Positions 37,621-47,459 of a DNA stretch of 64,000 bases are shown piece after piece. Below the pieces are notes generated by a model. The model did not search any database. It saw nothing but the letters and a program-made list of their open reading frames with translations, and had not been told where the DNA came from. The position numbers and the translations under genes are program-made. The first letter of the stretch is position 1. Each line of letters opens with the position of its first letter. This DNA is from an uncultured Candidatus Saccharibacteria bacterium (GTDB lineage Bacteria > Patescibacteriota > Minisyncoccia > Phycocordibacterales > UBA5272), in assembly GCA_964510805.1 (NCBI GenBank), contig CAZEDG010000001.1, positions 48,227 through 112,226 of the forward strand. Reading direction: 5' to 3'.

Positions 37621-39501
37621 ATGTCAAAAATTATCGGAATCGATCTTGGAACAACTAACTCAGCAGTTGCGATTATCGAAGGCGGACAGCCAAAAATTAT
37701 TGAGAACCTAGAAGGTAACCGTACAACCCCTTCTGTTGTTTCTGTTAACAAGAACAATGAACGTTCTGTAGGGCAGATTGCGAAGCGTCAGGCTGTGACT
37801 AACCCTAAGGATACCGTATACGGTGTTAAGCGCTTTATGGGGCATTCATATTCTGACAAAGAGGTACAGTCTGATATTCCTCGTGTGCCGTATGCAATCA
37901 AAAAAGGTGACAACGATGGAGTGCTTATTACTCTTGGTGGTAAAGATCTTCGTCCTGAGGAAGTTTCTGCGATGATTCTTCAGAAGATTAAGGCTGATGT
38001 TGAGGCTAAGCTTGGGGAGAAGGTGACAGAAGCGGTAATCACGGTTCCTGCGTACTTCAATGATACCCAGCGTCAAGCTACTATTGATGCAGGTAAGATA
38101 GCTGGTCTTGATGTTAAGCGTATTATTCCTGAACCAACAGCTGCAGCGCTTGCGTACGGCTTCAACTCACAGAAGAATGAGAAGCTTGCAGTGTATGACT
38201 TCGGAGGAGGAACTTTTGATATTTCTATTTTGGAAGTAGGTGATGGTGTTGTTGAGGTTAAGTCTGTCGACGGAGATTCTCATCTTGGTGGTCGTGACAT
38301 TGATCAGAAGTTTGTGCAGTATATTGCAAGTGAGTTCAAGAAGGATCAGGGTATTGATATTACCGGAGACCCTCTTGCGCTACAGCGTCTTGATGAAGCT
38401 GCGGAGAAGGCAAAGCATGAACTTTCTACACAGATGGAAGTGGAGATTAATATTCCATTTATTACCTCAGGAGCAGATGGACCTAAGCACCTTCTTATGA
38501 AGATGACACGTGCAAAGCTTGAGGAACTTGCGAAGGAATTCGTAGATCGTTCTATTGAGATTACACGACGAGCACTCGAAGCTTCTCCATTTAAGAAAGA
38601 AGAGATCAATCAGATCGTGATGGTTGGAGGCCAGACAAGAATGCCGATGATCGTAGAAGCGGTTAAGGCGCTCTTCGGCAAGGAACCTAATCGTTCTATT
38701 AATCCAGATGAAGTAGTTGCTCTTGGCGCAGCAGTACAAGCAGGAGTACTTCAAGGGGATGTAAAGGATGTACTCCTTCTTGACGTGATTCCACTTTCTC
38801 TTGGTATTGAGACTATGGGTGGTGTTGCAACTAAGCTTGTAGAAAAGAACACAACTATTCCAACTGCTAAGTCACAAGTGTTCTCAACTGCATCAGATAA
38901 CCAGACTTCTGTTGAGATTCATATTACACAAGGTGAACGTCCACTCGCTTCTGATAATAAGTCACTCGGACGGTTTATTCTCGATGGTATTCCACCTGCA
39001 CCACGCGGTATCCCTCAAGTAGAAGTAACCTTTGATATTGATGCAAACGGTATCCTAAATGTTAAAGCAAAGGACAAGACTTCAGGTAAGGAACAGTCTA
39101 TACGTATCGAGGCTTCATCTGGTCTTTCTGATGATGACATTAAGCGTATGCAACAAGATGCTGACGCTCACGCCGAAGAAGATAAGAAGAAGATGGAACT
39201 TATTGAGACTAAGAACATGGCTGATGCTATGGTCCATACCGCTGAGAAAGCGCTTCGTGACGCAGAAGGTAAGATTCCTGATACGCTTAAGACCGAAGTA
39301 GAGAAGTCTATTGCTGATCTTAAGAGCTCAAAAGATTCTACTGATATCGAAGTAATCAAGAAAGCAACCCAATCTCTTTCAGATACCATGATGAAGATCG
39401 GTGAAGCAATGAAGACTTCGAATGATAATGCTACACAGACTGAATCACAGGCAGAGGGTTCTACCGAAGAACCAAAAACTGACGGAGAAAAGCAAAGCTA
39501 A
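37621..39501 (+). CDS. dnaK: molecular chaperone DnaK (Hsp70)
   Basis: [18 protein letters not shown]; full length. Confidence 0.95.
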   Translation: MSKIIGIDLGTTNSAVAIIEGGQPKIIENLEGNRTTPSVVSVNKNNERSVGQIAKRQAVTNPKDTVYGVKRFMGHSYSDKEVQSDIPRVPYAIKKGDNDGVLITLGGKDLRPEEVSAMILQKIKADVEAKLGEKVTEAVITVPAYFNDTQRQATIDAGKIAGLDVKRIIPEPTAAALAYGFNSQKNEKLAVYDFGGGTFDISILEVGDGVVEVKSVDGDSHLGGRDIDQKFVQYIASEFKKDQGIDITGDPLALQRLDEAAEKAKHELSTQMEVEINIPFITSGADGPKHLLMKMTRAKLEELAKEFVDRSIEITRRALEASPFKKEEINQIVMVGGQTRMPMIVEAVKALFGKEPNRSINPDEVVALGAAVQAGVLQGDVKDVLLLDVIPLSLGIETMGGVATKLVEKNTTIPTAKSQVFSTASDNQTSVEIHITQGERPLASDNKSLGRFILDGIPPAPRGIPQVEVTFDIDANGILNVKAKDKTSGKEQSIRIEASSGLSDDDIKRMQQDADAHAEEDKKKMELIETKNMADAMVHTAEKALRDAEGKIPDTLKTEVEKSIADLKSSKDSTDIEVIKKATQSLSDTMMKIGEAMKTSNDNATQTESQAEGSTEEPKTDGEKQS

Positions 39502-39517
39502 TTCTATTTTTTGAAAC

Positions 39518-39550
39518 AAAAAACCAATCTCAATGTAGGTTGGTTTTTTG
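39518..39550 (+). terminator. bidirectional terminator shared by dnaK and the reverse-strand cassette
   Basis: aaaaaaccaatct-caatgt-aggttggtttttt. Confidence 0.65.
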
Positions 39551-39593
39551 TTATGTACATAAAAAGAAAAAGCAGTGTAGAGGGTGTTAATCT

Positions 39594-39821
39594 CTACACT
39601 GCTTCACATTCAATGCCAAGTGCGTGAAGATCTTCTATGGTGAAAAATGAATCTTCGCGTGCTAGGCTTGTTACAATGTTAATTATGTTGATAAGTGACC
39701 TGCCGTTCCTAAGAGGGGCCGTGAACTCCGCTTGACACCTCCTCACACCATAGAAGGTTTGCTCGTCATCATCTTTTCTTGAAATGACGGGTATCCTATG
39801 TCTCATAGCATACCCAGACAT
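39594..39821 (-). CDS. hypothetical 75-aa protein (cassette gene C)
   Basis: ORF only; no SD. Confidence 0.25.
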   Translation of the reverse strand: MSGYAMRHRIPVISRKDDDEQTFYGVRRCQAEFTAPLRNGRSLINIINIVTSLAREDSFFTIEDLHALGIECEAV

Positions 39822-39849
39822 TACATAGTTAAAGAGTTGAGTTGTCGCG

Positions 39850-40326
39850 TCAGCAATAGCAGATCCAGAAGAAGTATTCCAAGAAGCTTTTTTCCTTGCT
39901 CGGTATCTCCCCCCGCAGAGCCTCGTTTTCTTCCAAGACAGTTTCGATGAATACCTTCATAGGGTTAAAGAAATCAAGCTCTTGAAACTCTTCATGACAA
40001 AACTGTCCACGAAGAATTACTTCCGATAGGAAAATTCTCCCTCGTGTTCTGCTGTTCCCATTTTTGAAAAGAGAGACACAGAGCGCGAGTTTTAGTTCTT
40101 TATCAGAGAAACCGTAACTTGAGCGTATTCTTGTTGGGATAAAACTCGAAGCTTTCTCACCTTCTACATTAGATAAGAATGCTTCCCGTGGAACACGAAG
40201 TTTCTCAGGAGGCAAGACACAAGCGATGACAAGATGTGCCTTCGTATTTTGTGCTTGGAAAAGAAAAGCATCTTCTCGTACAGTGGTCCCTTTAGGATCC
40301 ACCGCATCACACATAAGTGTTTGCAT
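39850..40326 (-). CDS. hypothetical 159-aa protein with a C-terminal R-x4-H motif (cassette gene B)
   Basis: TTGACT-N17-TAGTAT promoter and AGGAA RBS upstream of ATG at 40326. The ORF-track extension to 40620 would run through a terminator and overlap gene A, so it is rejected. Confidence 0.35.
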   Translation of the reverse strand: MQTLMCDAVDPKGTTVREDAFLFQAQNTKAHLVIACVLPPEKLRVPREAFLSNVEGEKASSFIPTRIRSSYGFSDKELKLALCVSLFKNGNSRTRGRIFLSEVILRGQFCHEEFQELDFFNPMKVFIETVLEENEALRGEIPSKEKSFLEYFFWICYC

Positions 40327-40400
40327 GGCAGTATTCCTAAAATGAGCTATTATTTGCATACTAACTATTTTTTTGTAGTTAGTCAAGTTTTTAGAGGGGT

Positions 40401-40432
40401 AAAAAAACATGCACGGAGTTGTTCCGTGCATG
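40401..40432 (-). terminator. rho-independent terminator after gene A
   Basis: catgcacgg-agttgtt-ccgtgcatg with a T-run on the minus strand. Confidence 0.5.
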
Positions 40433-40444
40433 TGGTGATTGGCT

Positions 40445-41242
40445 TCAGATAACCCCAAGATTCCTGAGGAACCTTTCATCAAAAGCAAGGCCTTCACCAA
40501 GAAGAATGGAATAAAGGTTTGCATTGTTGATAAATGAAGCAGGGAATCTGAGTCCGGTGAATTGAGGTGATCTTGCCCCACTTTTGTCGAAAGCAATAAA
40601 GAGCTTGCTTTCCTCCCCAAATATCGTGTCCCTATGAATTTTTATGGTAGGTATACCTATTCTTATAGCATGCTCTTTGCATGATAGATCGAATAGCCTT
40701 CGAAATAATCGCACAAGATATTCAAACCTTCTTCTTGTTCTTTCCGTAGGGTTAGAAGATGGTTTTGTTGTGGGTTGTATTACTACCCCTTCTCTTGTGA
40801 GACGAGATATAAACGTGTTTTCCCACATCATAACAAGTTCTGTGAGTTGTTCCTGCAGTTCCTCTTCTTCAAGTTTTTCAAAATGAGTAAGAAGAAGTGA
40901 GTCAGTGTTGATTTCATGTCTTGTTGCAAAAATCTCTACTGTAGAACTTGCTCCTTCTTTGTAAGGAAACTCTTTCAACACAACAAGGCAGTCATTTACC
41001 GCATCTTTTTCAAAAAAGCAATCCTGGAAAAACCTTCCAGTAAAACGAGGAGTGCCTGCTTTTGTTTTTAACTTACCTCGTTGTATTGCCGAAAGAAATT
41101 CCTCACCACGAATTACCGGACGATAAGGAGCTTTATTAACGAGAAAGAGTCGCACACTTTCTTCTGTGTATTCAACCGCAAAAGCAAAATCAGTGTTTAT
41201 TCCATTGCTAAAGCCAAGCAAAGAGGGGAGAATTGTGTTCAT
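40445..41242 (-). CDS. hypothetical 265-aa protein (cassette gene A)
   Basis: ORF only; host-like composition; contains IHRD and FD motifs about 16 residues apart. Confidence 0.4.
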   Translation of the reverse strand: MNTILPSLLGFSNGINTDFAFAVEYTEESVRLFLVNKAPYRPVIRGEEFLSAIQRGKLKTKAGTPRFTGRFFQDCFFEKDAVNDCLVVLKEFPYKEGASSTVEIFATRHEINTDSLLLTHFEKLEEEELQEQLTELVMMWENTFISRLTREGVVIQPTTKPSSNPTERTRRRFEYLVRLFRRLFDLSCKEHAIRIGIPTIKIHRDTIFGEESKLFIAFDKSGARSPQFTGLRFPASFINNANLYSILLGEGLAFDERFLRNLGVI

Positions 41243-41390
41243 GTTGCCATCTCTATTTGAAGTTTCAAGGGGGTTTTCTTTCTATTCTGTAGAAAATAGA
41301 AAGAATCTGAGATAACACTACAACAAAATACGTTACAGGTCAATTATTTTCTTGCCTCTTTTTGTAAACATGCTAGTATAGATACTATCT

Positions 41391-42482
41391 ATGTCAAAGA
41401 ATTATTATGATGTTTTGGGAGTTGGTAAAAGCGCTTCAAAAGAAGAAATTAAGAAGGCGTTTTATAAATTAGCAGCGAAATATCATCCAGACAAAAAAGG
41501 TGGAGATGAAGCTAAGTTCAAAGAGGTTAATGAAGCATATCAGACACTCTCTGATGATAAGAAGCGTAAGGAATACGATACCTACGGACAGACCTTTAAC
41601 GGAGCAGGAGGAAACGGAAACGGCTTCGGAGGGTTTGGGGGCTTCGGTGGATTTAATCAAGGAGACTTCAGCGATATGCAGTTCGATTTCGGTGATCTTG
41701 GCGATATCTTTGGTGATATGTTCGGAGGTGGTTTTAGCGGTGGATCTCGTCAGAAGAGAGGGAGAGATATCTCTCTTGAGATTGATGTGCCTTTTACTGA
41801 AGCAGTGTTTGGTACTGAGCGTACGGTAATGATTACAAAAGTTTCTACATGTGAAGTATGTGATGGTACAGGAGCAAAACATGGAAGCAAGAAAAAAACT
41901 TGTGCTACTTGTAACGGTCAAGGAAAGATGCACGATGTAAAGAAAACATTCATGGGTAATTTCCAGACAGTAAGGACTTGTACTACTTGTAACGGTGTCG
42001 GGCAAGTTCCTGAAGAGCGTTGTTCTACTTGTAAAGGTAACGGTGTCTACAACAAGCGTGAAGATGTGGTTATCTCAGTTCCTGCAGGTATTTCAAATGG
42101 TGAAATGATTAGAATGACAGGAATGGGAGAGGCTATTGCTCAAGGTGTCTCAGGAGATCTGTATGTAAAGGTAAACGTGATTTCTCATAAGCTTTGGAAA
42201 AGAGAAGGACATGATCTTGTTATCAATCACGAGATCAAGCTCACTGATGCGCTTCTTGGTGTAAGTCATACTATTGATGGACTTGATGGTCCTATTACTA
42301 TCGACGTGGCACCAGGTGCTCAGCCAGGTGAGACATTACGTGTAAAAGGTCGAGGTGTCCCTCATGTTCATGAAAAAGGAAGAAGAGGGGATGCGCTTGT
42401 GAAGCTTCATATTGCGATGCCTAAGAAACTTTCCAGAAAAGCAGAGAGCTACATCCAAGGTCTTCGTGAAGAAGGACTATAG
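41391..42482 (+). CDS. dnaJ: molecular chaperone DnaJ
   Basis: J-domain with HPD, G/F-rich region, four CxxCxGxG repeats. Confidence 0.9.
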   Translation: MSKNYYDVLGVGKSASKEEIKKAFYKLAAKYHPDKKGGDEAKFKEVNEAYQTLSDDKKRKEYDTYGQTFNGAGGNGNGFGGFGGFGGFNQGDFSDMQFDFGDLGDIFGDMFGGGFSGGSRQKRGRDISLEIDVPFTEAVFGTERTVMITKVSTCEVCDGTGAKHGSKKKTCATCNGQGKMHDVKKTFMGNFQTVRTCTTCNGVGQVPEERCSTCKGNGVYNKREDVVISVPAGISNGEMIRMTGMGEAIAQGVSGDLYVKVNVISHKLWKREGHDLVINHEIKLTDALLGVSHTIDGLDGPITIDVAPGAQPGETLRVKGRGVPHVHEKGRRGDALVKLHIAMPKKLSRKAESYIQGLREEGL

Positions 42483-42572
42483 TATCTGTGGGTAATTCTA
42501 CAAGAAAACACAAAGTGCATTGCTTTGTGTTTTCTTTTTGTTAGACTATTTTATATATCAACAAATAATTAA

Positions 42573-43985
42573 TTGCTTATGATTCTTGCAATATCAGTGC
42601 TTGTGTATGCGCTTGTAATGATTTTGATCGGTGTCTACGCTGCGCGAAAGGTGAAGAACTCAGAGGATTATGTGCTTGCTGGGAGATCGCTTCCTTTTTA
42701 TATGGCACTTTCAACAGTGTTTGCAACGTGGTTTGGAAGTGAGAGTATCTTGGGTGCTGGAAGTAAGTTCGCAGAAGGAGGGTTCTCTAATGTGCTTGAA
42801 GATCCTTTTGGGGCAGGGCTTTGTCTTATTATTTCTGGTATCTTTTTTAATAGGAAGTTGTATCGCCTTAATTTTCTTACTATCGGTGACTATTTCAAGG
42901 ATCGTTACAATACAATCATTGCACTCTTCCTATCATCTGTGATTATTGTGAGCTACTTCGGATGGGTTGCTGCGCAGTTCCTTGCACTTGGAGTTGTACT
43001 CCATACGATTATTCCTATACTCTCTATCACTTCATGGGTGATAGTTTCTGCTGTTGTTGTCTCATGTTACACCGTACTTGGAGGCATGGTCTCAGTTGCG
43101 CTTCATGATACGGTACAGTCTGCGATTATTCTTATTGGTCTTCTTGCTATTCTTGTGTCAGTTCTTCCTCTTGTAGGCGGTGTCTCAGGATTCTTCGAGA
43201 TTGTTCCTCCAGGACACCTTGATATTTTTCCTAAGACTGATTCCATGCTCGCGTGGGTTGTGTTCTTTACTGCGCTTATGACGCAAGGCTTCGGAAGCAT
43301 TCCACAACAAGATATTTATCAACGTGCTATGAGTGCTAAGAATGAAAAGGAAAGTATGCTTGCTTCTGTCTTCGGGGGGTTGCTTTATTTTACAGTAGTA
43401 ATGATTCCTATCATGATTGCAACGATTGCAGGGCATCTTTATCCAGAGATACTTAAGAATGATTCGCAACTTCTTATCCCGACACTGATTCGTGAGCATA
43501 CAAGTGCGCTTCTCCAGATACTTTTCTTTGGCGCACTCATCTCAGCGATTTTGTCTACCGCATCCGGTGCACTTCTTGCACCAGCAACACTTCTCTCCGA
43601 AAATATTATCAAACCTTTCTTCAAGGAGATGAGTGACAAGCTTCGTATGTATATTATTCAGATCGGTGTGATTGTGGTTGCTATCGGTGGAGTTTTTCTT
43701 GCATATAACCCTGACGCACATATTTATGAACTTGTTGGAAGCGCATATTCTATTACTCTTGTTGCTGGATTTGCACCACTTGCTTTTGGCCTCTATTCTT
43801 CTCGAGTTAATAGTTTTGGAGCTTTTGTTTCTATCGTGTTCGGAGTATCTACATGGCTTCTTGCTGACAAAGCCGGAACCGCAGTACCTAGTACTTTTAT
43901 AGGTTTTATGTTTTCTATTATAGGTATTATTGTTGGATCCTACGCGGGAAGATTTATTGAAAAGGAAGAGAAGCTAATTAAATAA
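42573..43985 (+). CDS. sodium:solute symporter family transporter
   Basis: About 13 TM helices; similar to the SSF family (PutP/PanF-like N-terminus). Confidence 0.7.
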   Translation: MLMILAISVLVYALVMILIGVYAARKVKNSEDYVLAGRSLPFYMALSTVFATWFGSESILGAGSKFAEGGFSNVLEDPFGAGLCLIISGIFFNRKLYRLNFLTIGDYFKDRYNTIIALFLSSVIIVSYFGWVAAQFLALGVVLHTIIPILSITSWVIVSAVVVSCYTVLGGMVSVALHDTVQSAIILIGLLAILVSVLPLVGGVSGFFEIVPPGHLDIFPKTDSMLAWVVFFTALMTQGFGSIPQQDIYQRAMSAKNEKESMLASVFGGLLYFTVVMIPIMIATIAGHLYPEILKNDSQLLIPTLIREHTSALLQILFFGALISAILSTASGALLAPATLLSENIIKPFFKEMSDKLRMYIIQIGVIVVAIGGVFLAYNPDAHIYELVGSAYSITLVAGFAPLAFGLYSSRVNSFGAFVSIVFGVSTWLLADKAGTAVPSTFIGFMFSIIGIIVGSYAGRFIEKEEKLIK

Positions 43986-44006
43986 TCTAAAAAACGTGAC
44001 CAAATA

Positions 44007-45008
44007 TTGTGTGGTATACTTTTGACTATGGAAAAGAAAAAAACTCTTGTATCAGGCATTCAATCAAGTGGTACCCTCCATCTTGGAAATTATTTTGGTG
44101 CAATGCGTCAGAATATTACTCTTTCAAATAGTGGAGAATTCGATGCCTATATTTTTATTGCAGACTATCATTCGATGACGAGTCTGACTGATAGAGAAGC
44201 TCGCCGTACGAGCACATTTCAACTTGCGTGTGCCTACCTTGCATGCGGTCTTGATGTTTCAAAAGTAACACTCTTTAGACAGTCTGATGTGCCACTTCAT
44301 ACTGAACTTGCTTGGATGCTCTCGACAGTGACGCCAATGGCGATGCTTGAGTTGGCTCATTCATATAAAGATAAGCAAGCAAAAGGTCTCGAGACAAATG
44401 TAGGACTCTTCACGTATCCTGTGCTTATGGCGTCAGATATTCTTATGTATAACGCAGATGTAGTGCCTGTTGGTAAAGACCAGATTCAACATATCGAGAT
44501 GACTCGTGAGATTGCGGGTAAGTTTAATCGTGCGTATAATATTGAACTTTTCAAAGCACCAAAAGAATACGTAATTGGAGATGTTGCGGTTGTGCCAGGA
44601 ACAGATGGGCAGAAGATGAGTAAGAGCTATGGTAATGTGATTCCACTCTTTGGAACTGATGAAGAAATTAAGAAGGCTGTGATGGGTATTGTAACTGATA
44701 GTGCCCGCCCAGAAGACAAGAAGAATCCAGATGAGAATAGTGTTTATAAGATTCATACACTTTTCTTAAATGAAGAAGAGGGTAGAGTATTACGTGCACG
44801 CTACGAAGAAGGTGGGCTATCGTACAAGGAAGCAAAAGAATCTTTGCTTGCAGATCTTCTTCGCTATATTGGTCCAATGAGAGAAAAGTATGACTACTAT
44901 CAAACGCACCAAGAAGAGGTCTATGCAATTTTAGAAGAAGGCAAGAGAAAGGCAAATGAGAAGGCAGAGAGGATGATGAGGGAGGTGAGGGGCGTGGTGG
45001 GGTTATAG
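44007..45008 (+). CDS. trpS: tryptophanyl-tRNA synthetase
   Basis: TLHLGNY (HIGH-like) and KMSKS. Confidence 0.9.
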   Translation: MCGILLTMEKKKTLVSGIQSSGTLHLGNYFGAMRQNITLSNSGEFDAYIFIADYHSMTSLTDREARRTSTFQLACAYLACGLDVSKVTLFRQSDVPLHTELAWMLSTVTPMAMLELAHSYKDKQAKGLETNVGLFTYPVLMASDILMYNADVVPVGKDQIQHIEMTREIAGKFNRAYNIELFKAPKEYVIGDVAVVPGTDGQKMSKSYGNVIPLFGTDEEIKKAVMGIVTDSARPEDKKNPDENSVYKIHTLFLNEEEGRVLRARYEEGGLSYKEAKESLLADLLRYIGPMREKYDYYQTHQEEVYAILEEGKRKANEKAERMMREVRGVVGL

Positions 45009-45065
45009 TAGTATCATCATATTTTTTTAAAAGAAAGAATAAAAAAATACAGTAAGTTTTTAAAT

Positions 45066-45287
45066 ATGAAAAAATATCAAAAGGTTAAAATTATTACGCT
45101 GTTCATAATCTGTTTTAGTGCTTTACTGCTTGTCTCCGCACTTTATTTTTCTGGAGAAAATTGGGCGACTGCTAACTTGAGTTGGGATTTTCCTGTGACA
45201 CAGTCTAAACTAACTTTTGCTGATAAAATTTTTTTCCCGATTTTAACGTTGCTGTACAAGATTGCTATTTTCTTACACATCCCATAA
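45066..45287 (+). CDS. small membrane protein
   Basis: ORF only; one or two TM helices. Confidence 0.25.
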   Translation: MKKYQKVKIITLFIICFSALLLVSALYFSGENWATANLSWDFPVTQSKLTFADKIFFPILTLLYKIAIFLHIP

Positions 45288-45299
45288 ATTCATTTTCTC

Positions 45300-45512
45300 T
45301 TTTTTGAGATTGAGTTAACTTGTTTACTTTATGCAAAGTGTGTTAGTATGATCTAAGCGTTGATGGAACTGACAAATCCGGAGCCTTATTTAATAAAAAC
45401 AAGAGTGGTCACACTAAGTGGCAAGGTACGGTGGCACCGCGGTTCCCGTAATCGTCCGTACATAGAATACTTCGTAGTTTTGTGAAGTGCTCTATGTACG
45501 GACTTTTACTTT
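45300..45512 (+). promoter_or_regulatory. T-box riboswitch leader for aspS
   Basis: Conserved T-box sequence AGGTACGGTGGCACCGCGG (45424-45442); terminator ccgtacatag/ctatgtacgg (45456-45501); candidate GAC specifier in aactGACaaat. Confidence 0.6.
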
Positions 45513-46925
45513 ATGACTAGAATATATTGCAAGGACCTTTCTTCACATGTTGAACAAGAGGTGACTGTACAGGGTTGGATCGATGTGCGTCGTGATCAGG
45601 GGAAGATGATCTTCCTTGATCTTCGTGATGTAACAGGGAAGGTGCAAGCAGTTGCTCTACCTTTTCACACAGAAGCAAAAGAAGTTGCTGAGAAGGTTCG
45701 CCCTGAGTGGGTTGTTGAGGTTAAGGCTAAGGTTAATAAGCGTCCAGAGAAGAATGTCAAAGCAGATACCCTTAATGGTGACATTGAGCTTGAAATTCTT
45801 ACTATCACAATTCTTAATGAGGCAACCACCCCAGCATTTGATATCTCAACTAGTGGTTATGAGGTAAACGAAGAAGTAAGACTTGAGAAAAAGTATCTTG
45901 ATCTTCGTCGAAAGAGACTTCAAGATAATGTGATTATGCGACATAAGGTAATTAAGATGATTCGCGATGAGCTTGATAAGCAGAACTTTTTTGAAATAGA
46001 GACACCACTTCTTACTAACCCGACACCCGAAGGATCACGGTCATATCTTGTGCCTTCGCGTATTTGGCAGGGGAATTTTTATGCACTTCCACAATCACCA
46101 CAACAGTATAAGCAACTTCTCATGTCTTCTGGATTTGAACGATACTTCCAGATTGCAAAATGTATGCGTGATGAGGATACTCGTGGTGATCGTCAACCAG
46201 AGTTCACTCAGATGGACCTTGAGATGAGTTTTGTGAAGCGCGAAGATGTAATGAGGGTGAATGAAGAATTGCTTATTACAATCGTACAAAAACTTTTCCC
46301 TAAGAAGCGTATTCAACAAGTGCCGTTCCCTGTGTTTACCTATAAAGAGGTGATGGAGAAGTATGGATCTGATAAGCCTGATATTCGTAATGATAAGAAT
46401 GATCCTGATCTTCTTGCATTCTGTTGGGTTGTTGATTTTCCGGCATTCGAAAAGACAGGAGAAGATAACGTGGACGGGACAGGAGAGTGGACCTTTACTC
46501 ATAACCCATTCACTGGTGTCAAAGATGAATGGAAGCAGTCGCTTCTTGAAAAAAAGAATATTGCTGATATCGTATCAACACAGTATGATGTTGCACTCAA
46601 TGGGTATGAGATTGGTGGCGGTGGAATACGTCTTCATGATCCTGCAATGCTTCGCAAAGTGTTCGAGATTATGGGGTATGATGATGAACGCATCGAAAGA
46701 AACTTCGGGCACATGCTAACCGCGCTTGGCTCAGGCACTCCTCCACACGGAGGTATTGCGTGGGGGCTTGATCGCTTCCTTATGATACTTCTTAATGAGC
46801 CTAATATTCGCGAAGTAATGGCATTTCCGAAGACAGGTGAGGGTAAGGACCTCCTCATGCAGGCTCCGGCCCCTGCAAGCCAAAAAACCATGCGTGAGCT
46901 TGGTATAGAAGTGAAGGGGAAGTAG
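45513..46925 (+). CDS. aspS: aspartyl-tRNA synthetase
   Basis: Class II motifs (FFEIETP, RDED, GGGIRLHD); short bacterial/archaeal-like form. Confidence 0.9.
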   Translation: MTRIYCKDLSSHVEQEVTVQGWIDVRRDQGKMIFLDLRDVTGKVQAVALPFHTEAKEVAEKVRPEWVVEVKAKVNKRPEKNVKADTLNGDIELEILTITILNEATTPAFDISTSGYEVNEEVRLEKKYLDLRRKRLQDNVIMRHKVIKMIRDELDKQNFFEIETPLLTNPTPEGSRSYLVPSRIWQGNFYALPQSPQQYKQLLMSSGFERYFQIAKCMRDEDTRGDRQPEFTQMDLEMSFVKREDVMRVNEELLITIVQKLFPKKRIQQVPFPVFTYKEVMEKYGSDKPDIRNDKNDPDLLAFCWVVDFPAFEKTGEDNVDGTGEWTFTHNPFTGVKDEWKQSLLEKKNIADIVSTQYDVALNGYEIGGGGIRLHDPAMLRKVFEIMGYDDERIERNFGHMLTALGSGTPPHGGIAWGLDRFLMILLNEPNIREVMAFPKTGEGKDLLMQAPAPASQKTMRELGIEVKGK

Positions 46926-46929
46926 GTTT

Positions 46930-46959
46930 AGGGAGTGAGGAATGAAGAATGAGGAATGA
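46930..46959 (+). repeat. (GAATGAG)n heptad repeat (TGA-type stop repeat)
   Basis: gagtgag gaatgaa gaatgag gaatgag directly after the aspS stop. Confidence 0.7.
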
Positions 46960-46968
46960 GGTTGCAAG

Positions 46969-46997
46969 AGAAGAGCGACGCCGTAGGCGTCGCTCTT
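46969..46997 (+). terminator. rho-independent terminator, conserved hairpin family
   Basis: gaagagcgacgcc-gta-ggcgtcgctcttc. Confidence 0.65.
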
Positions 46998-47077
46998 CTT
47001 AACTTTGATTGACAAAAAGTATTATATTATGTAGTATAATTATTAGTTTTGGGAATCAAAAAATGGAAGGAACCAAA

Positions 47078-47392
47078 ATGTTCAAGATTTTTGCTATGCT
47101 TTTTGCAACCCTGCTTTCTTTTTCTTCTTCTGCACAGATTTTTCCAGAAGACAAGAAAAAGGAAGGGTCACTTGTGATTCTTGAGTACATTGTTTCTCAA
47201 GAGAACATAACATGTAAACGAGTAATCAAAAAAATCAAAAAAGCCCCAGAGCTTACGGAAGAGCAGTGCAACTCATTGATTGCTTCTTTCCGAAAGAAAG
47301 CAAAAAAGTTTTTGCGAGGAGATAGGTTGGCTTATGTCTTCTCTGGAGAGACTAACGGTTGGGTTTTTGAATCCGCCGAGACACAAGGATGA
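47078..47392 (+). CDS. small secreted protein
   Basis: Signal peptide MFKIFAMLFATLLSFSSSAQ. Confidence 0.35.
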   Translation: MFKIFAMLFATLLSFSSSAQIFPEDKKKEGSLVILEYIVSQENITCKRVIKKIKKAPELTEEQCNSLIASFRKKAKKFLRGDRLAYVFSGETNGWVFESAETQG

Positions 47393-47409
47393 TATCACCA
47401 TCGAAGAAG

Positions 47410-47444
47410 TAGGCCCGCTACGCAAAGCGGGCCTTTGTTTTTTG
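47410..47444 (+). terminator. rho-independent terminator
   Basis: aggcccgct-acgcaa-agcgggcct followed by TTGTTTTTTG. Confidence 0.65.
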
Positions 47445-47459
47445 TGGTAGTATAGAAAT

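Noticed and set aside
39850-40620. Long 256-aa version of cassette gene B from the ORF track
   Set aside because: It would overlap gene A by 175 nt and read through the terminator at 40401-40432. A promoter and RBS before the internal ATG at 40326 support the 159-aa protein.
41469-42005. 178-aa minus-strand ORF and other antisense ORFs inside dnaJ, dnaK, lysS, mreB and similar genes
   Set aside because: They are fully embedded antisense in well-supported housekeeping genes, with no independent signals.
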